64,000 bases of DNA, from the NCBI RefSeq assembly GCF_009914755.1, contig NC_060940.1; one strand, given 5' to 3'. The number at the start of each line of letters is the position of its first letter. Positions within the stretch are counted from its first letter, which is position 1. The notes under the pieces were generated by a model. The model did no database searches, was not told the origin of the DNA, and saw only the letters and a list, made by a program, of their open reading frames with translations. The stretch is from the human T2T-CHM13v2.0 reference genome, Homo sapiens. This document shows, piece after piece, positions 59,244 through 64,000 of this stretch. Made by a program: the position numbers and the translations under genes.

Positions 59244-62200
59244 TGAGAGAAGGAGGAGGGCAGAAGGGAGAGAGGAGAGGGGAGTGGAGAAAAGGGGGGA
59301 GAGGAGAGGGAAGGAGAGAGAAGGGGGAGAGGAGAGGGGAGGGGAGAGAAGGGGGGAGAGGAGAGGGGAGGGGAGAGAAGGGGGGAGAGGAGAGGGGAGG
59401 GGAGAGAAGGGGGGAGAGGAGAGGGGAGGGGAGAGAAGGGGGGAGAGGAGAGGGGAGGGGAGAGAAGGGGGGAGAGGAGAGGGGAGGGGAGAGAAGGGGG
59501 AGAGGAGAGGGGAGGGAAGGGGGAGAGGAGAGGGGAGGGGAGAGAAGGGGGAGAGGAGAGGGGAGGGGAGAGAAGGGGGGAGGGGAGAGAAGGGGGGAGG
59601 GGAGAGAAGGGGGGAGGGGAGAGAAGGGGGAGGGGAGAGAAGGGGGACAGGGGAAGGGAGAGAAGGCAGAGAGAAGGGGGAGAGGGGAGGGGAGAGAAGG
59701 GGGAGAGAGGTGAGGGGAGAGAAGGGGGAGAGAAGGGGGAGAGGGGAGGGGAGAGAAGGGGGAGAAAGGAGAGGGAAGAGGAGGGGAGGGGAAGAGGGGA
59801 GGGAAGAGGAGGGGAGGGGAAGAGGAGGGGAGGGGAAGAAGAGGGGAGGGGAAGAGGAGAGGGAAGAGGAGGGGAGAAGAGGAGGGGAGGGGAGGAGATG
59901 AGGGAAATAGGAAGGGAGGGAAGGAGGATAGGGAAAGAGGAGGGGAGAGGAAGAAGGGAGGGAAGAGGTGGGGAGAGGAAGAGGGGAGGGAAGGGGTTGG
60001 GAGAGGAAGAGGGGAGGGAAGAGGTGGGGAGAGGAAGAGGGGAGGGAAGACGTGGGGAGAGGAAGAGAGGAGGGAAGATGTGGGGAGAGGAAGAGGGGAG
60101 GGAAGAGGTGGGGAGAGGAAGAGGGGAAGGAAGAGGAGGGGAGCGGAAGAGGAGGGAAGGGAAAGAGGGGAGGGAAGAGAAGGGGAGGGAAGAAGAGGGG
60201 AGGGGAAGACGGGAGAGGAAGAGAAGGGGAGGGGAAGAGAAGGGGAGGGGAAGAGAAGGGGAGGGGAAAAGGGGAGGGGAAGAGAAGGGGAGGGGAAGAG
60301 GGGAGGGAAGAGGAGGGGAGGGGAAGGGGAGGGAAGAGGAGGGGAGGGGAAGGGGAGGGAAGAGGAGGAGAGGGGAAGGGGAGGGAAGAGGAGGGGAGGG
60401 GAAGGGGAGGGAAGAGGAGGAGAGGGGAAGGGGAGGGAAGAGGAGGAGAGGGGAAGGGGAGGGAAGAGGAGAGGAGGGGAAGGGGAGGGAAGAGGAGAGG
60501 AGGGGAAGAGAGGAGGGGAGGGGAAGAGGGGAGAGGAGGGAAGGGGAAGAGGGGAGGGAAAGAGGAGGGGAGGGGAAGAGGAGGGGAGGGGAAGAGGAGG
60601 GGAGGGGAAGAGAGGAAAGAAGAGAGAGAAAAAGGAAGAGGAGGGGAGAGGAAAGGAAGGGGAAAGGAAGAAGAAAGGGGAGGAGAAAGGAAGGGGAAAG
60701 TGGAGGGGAAAGGAAGACAAAGAGAGAAAAGGAGGAGGGGAGGAAAGGAGGAGGGAGGAAAAGAGGGGAGAAGGGAAGGAAGGAGAACAGGGGAGAAGGG
60801 AAGGGAGGAGAACAGGGGAGAAGGGAAGGGAGGAAAGAAGGAGAGAAAGGGAGGGAGGAGAGGAGGGGAGAAGGGGAGAAGGGGAGGGAGGACAGGAGGG
60901 GAGAAGGGGAGGGAGGACAGGAGGGGAGAAGGGGAGGGAGGACAGGAGGGGAAAAGGGGAGGAGAGGAAGAGAGAAGGGGAAAAGGGGAGGAGAGGAGAG
61001 GAGAAGGGGAGGAGAGGAGAAGGGGAGGAATGAGGGGGGAGGAGAGAGGGGGAGGAGAGGGGAGGAGGAGAGGAGAGGAGGAAGGGAGGGAGGAGGAGGG
61101 AAAAAGGGAAGGGGGAGGGGAGAGAAGGAGGAGAACGGGAAGGGGGATGGGGAGAAGGAGAGGGGAGAAGGGGGATGGGGAGAAGGAGAGGGGAGAAGGG
61201 GGAAGGAAGGGGAGGGGAGGAGAGGAGGAGGAAAGGAGAGGAGGGGGAGGGGAGGAGAGAGGAGAGGGATGAGGGGAGGAGAGAGAAGGGGGATGAGGGG
61301 AGGAGAGGAGTGGGGAGGAGGGGAGAGGAGGGGAGAGAAGGAGGGGAGAGAAGGAGGGGAGAGAAGGGGAGGAGGGGAGGGGAGAGAAGGAGAGGAGAGG
61401 AGGGGGATGGGAGGAGGGAGGAGGGAGGAGGGGAAGAGGGAGGAGGGGAGGAGGGGGATGGGAGGAGGGGAGGAGGAAGGAGGGGAGGAGAGGAGGGGGG
61501 ATAGGACGAGGGAAGGAGAGGAGGGGAGGAGAGAAGGGGGATGAGGAGGGAAGGAGAGGAGAGAAGGAGAGGAGGGGGATGAGGAGGGAAGGAGAGGAAG
61601 GGGATGAGGAGGGAAGGAGAGGAGAGAAGGAGAGGAGGGGGATGAGGAGGGAAGGAGAGGAGGGGGATGAGGAGGGAAGGAGAGGAGGGGGATGAGGAGG
61701 GAAGGAGAGGAGGGGGATGAGGAGGGGAGGAGAGGAGCGGGGAGGAGAGGAGTGGGGAGGAGAGGAGGGTGGGAGGAGGGGAGGAGAGGAGGGGGAATGG
61801 GAGGAGGAAGGAGGGAAGGATGGGGGAGAGGAGGGAAAAGAGGAGGGAAGGAGGGAAGAAGGGAAGAAGGAGAAAAGGGGAGAAGGGGAGAAGGGGAGGG
61901 AGGAGAGGAGAGGAGGGGAGGAGAGGAGGAGAGGAGAGCAGGGGGAGGAGGGAGAAAGGGAAGGGGGAGGGGAGACAAGGGGAACGGGGAGGAGGGAAAG
62001 GAGGAGGGATGGGAGGAGGGGAGGAGGGAGCAGGGGGAGGAGGGGAGGGGGGAGGAGGGGAGGGGGAGGAGGGGAGGGGGAGGAAGGTGAGTGGGGAGGA
62101 GGGGAGGGGGAGGAGGAGAGGAAGGGGGAGGGGAGGAAGGGGGAGGGGAGGAAGGGGGAGGGGAGGAAAGGGGAGGGGAGGGGTGAGGGGAGGGAGGGGC

Positions 62201-62420
62201 TGGGGGAGGAGTGGAGGGGCTCAGCGGGATGAGGTGAGGGGAAGCTCTAGGGGAGGGGAGGAGGGGAAGGGCTAGGGGAGGGGAGGGGCTAGGGGAGGAG
62301 GCAGGGGCTAGGTGAGGGGGGAGGGGCTAGGGGAGGGAAGGGGGAGGGGAGGGGTTAGGGGAGGGAAAGGGGAGGGGAGGGGCTAGGGGAGGGAAGGGGG
62401 AGGGGAGGGGAGAGTGGAGG
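59244..62420. repeat. PKD1 intron-21 polypurine/polypyrimidine tract (~3.2 kb)
   Basis: Almost exclusively G/A on the + strand; nested tandem units (e.g. ~27-bp ggagagaaggggggagaggagagggga); lies between exons 21 and 22. Confidence 0.97.
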
Positions 62421-64000
62421 GCACAGAGCAGCATCTTCTTAGTCCCTCCCCACATCTGGGCCCCTCTTTACACCCTGGGTCCCCCGAGAGGCACCCTGCG
62501 TTCACACAGGACAGCAGAAAGGCTGAGGCTACTGAAGCAGGTCAGAGACCGAGGAACGCCACGGCAGGAAGGAGCCCAGGCTGGAGGCTCAGCTCCTCGG
62601 CCAAGCTGCCCGTCTGCCCTGGGGGGCTGAACCCAGTACCCTGGCAGGCATGCGGGGCGGGGTGAGCATGTGGGGCCATCCTACCATGCACTGGGCCAGC
62701 GCAGCAGCGATCTGCTGGATGTCATCCACAGTGTGGACCCTCAGGGACACCAGAGTCTCCGTGATGTTCTTGCGTATCTGGGCTCGGCGCTGCCGCTCGT
62801 GCTTGGGCTCTGCCGCCACGTCCAGGGCCCGCTCGTACTGGGGCAGGCAGGGGGCACAGCAAGCTGTCAGCAGGGCAGGAGGCCGGCAGGAGGCCAGCAG
62901 ATGCCCACGACTCCCGGGGTGCAGTTACGTGCTAGATGCTGTGTGATGTGGGCACTGACCCGCAACACTGAGCTGTTTCTTCATGGGCAAAACAGGGTAA
63001 GCACATGGGCCCTCCTGGGCGGGGGCTGCATTGTGGAAAGCAGACGCCGGAGAGGGCCCGGTGGGTGTGGCTGCTGGGAGCGGAACGTCGGGGTGCTGCT
63101 TCAGGGTCACTGGGATTTATCTCTGGGGCCCGGGATGAGCCCTCCGCAAAGCTCCAGGCAGGGGAACAGGTCTTGGTCCCCAGCACGCATGCAGCAGATG
63201 TGAGGTCCCCTCCCAGGCTGCACTCACCTCGTTCAGCACAGTGACCAGGGCCAGCGAGTACTCGATGACGTGCTGGGGATCGGCCTGCCGCAGCAGCCCC
63301 GGGAGCACACTAGCGGTGAGCCGGTGCAGCCAGACTGTGAGCCCCATTGCGCTGCCGTTGGGCTCTGGGAGGGTGATGGCCAGAGACCTACGAGCAGAGG
63401 GGGGTGGTGAGCAGGTGGCAGTCTCGGGGGCGCCCTCCCACGGCCTGGCTCACCTGTTGAGGGCGACCACAGCGGCTCCCAGCTGGTCCTGCACCACCAC
63501 GGCCAGGCCCACCTCGAAGTGTGGCCTGAAACCCGGGGGCAGCACGGCTCCGTAGCCGGAGAGGCTGCTCTTGTAGACACAGAACTCTTTGCAGTGGCCC
63601 TGGCAACAGCGCTGCAGCAGCAGGGCATACACCAGCGGGGCGCCAGCATCCTCCGCGTCATGCCAGCCTGAGGGATGGTCCCCACAGCATCACGGGAGGG
63701 CTCCGTGACCTCACAGAGTCGGGGGATCCCGCTGCTCCCCCTACGCAGGCCTGCACTCACCCGTGCATTTGAAGTGCACCTTGGTGGTGAGGGCGTGCAC
63801 AGCGCCTAGTGGGAAGAGGCAGCAAGAGCCCCCCAGCGGCGGGCGGTTGGGGGACAGGGGGATGGAGGCGCAGCCCTCCTCCTCGCCAGAGCGGCCCAGC
63901 ACCGTCAGCGTGAAGGTGTATCCCTCGCCGTCCCGCAGCACGCCCCGCCGCAGCACCAGTCACATGCCTGCGCTGCCCGTGGATGTGGTGGTCTCATCCA

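Noticed and set aside
57812-62275. Very long ORFs (941, 548, 493, 461, 434, 350 aa) rich in P/S/L/F or G/E/R/K
   Set aside because: Artefacts of purine-only/pyrimidine-only intronic tracts that cannot form stop codons; they lie in PKD1 introns 21-22.

Overview
Primate (almost certainly human) genomic DNA from a chromosome 16p segmental-duplication block. Bases 1-27 kb are gene-free and rich in repeats (Alu, MIR/L2, solo LTRs, MER DNA transposons). Three duplicons follow. (1) ~27.3-34.7 kb: a 5'- and 3'-truncated PLA2G10 pseudogene (+ strand, exons 2-3, one nonsense codon). (2) ~34.7-51.6 kb: an intact 8-exon NPIPA-type gene (LCR16a core, - strand, 369 aa from the MFCC start, with an alternative MRVR signal-peptide first exon). 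(3) 51.6-64 kb: a PKD1 pseudogene (- strand, exons 18-33 partial, three nonsense codons, a ~3.2-kb intron-21 purine/pyrimidine tract, and a miR-6770-type mirtron) lying directly upstream of NPIP in the same orientation. Layout and orientation best fit PKD1P4-NPIPA8, but near-identical paralogs cannot be excluded. The most notable observation is that PKD1P exons 23(3' part)-30 remain fully open and can splice in frame to NPIP exon 2, predicting an ~845-aa GPS/PLAT/TM-NPIP chimera. Most ORFs in the supplied track are Alu-derived or low-complexity artefacts. Family and reference comparisons come from recalled sequences, not database searches.
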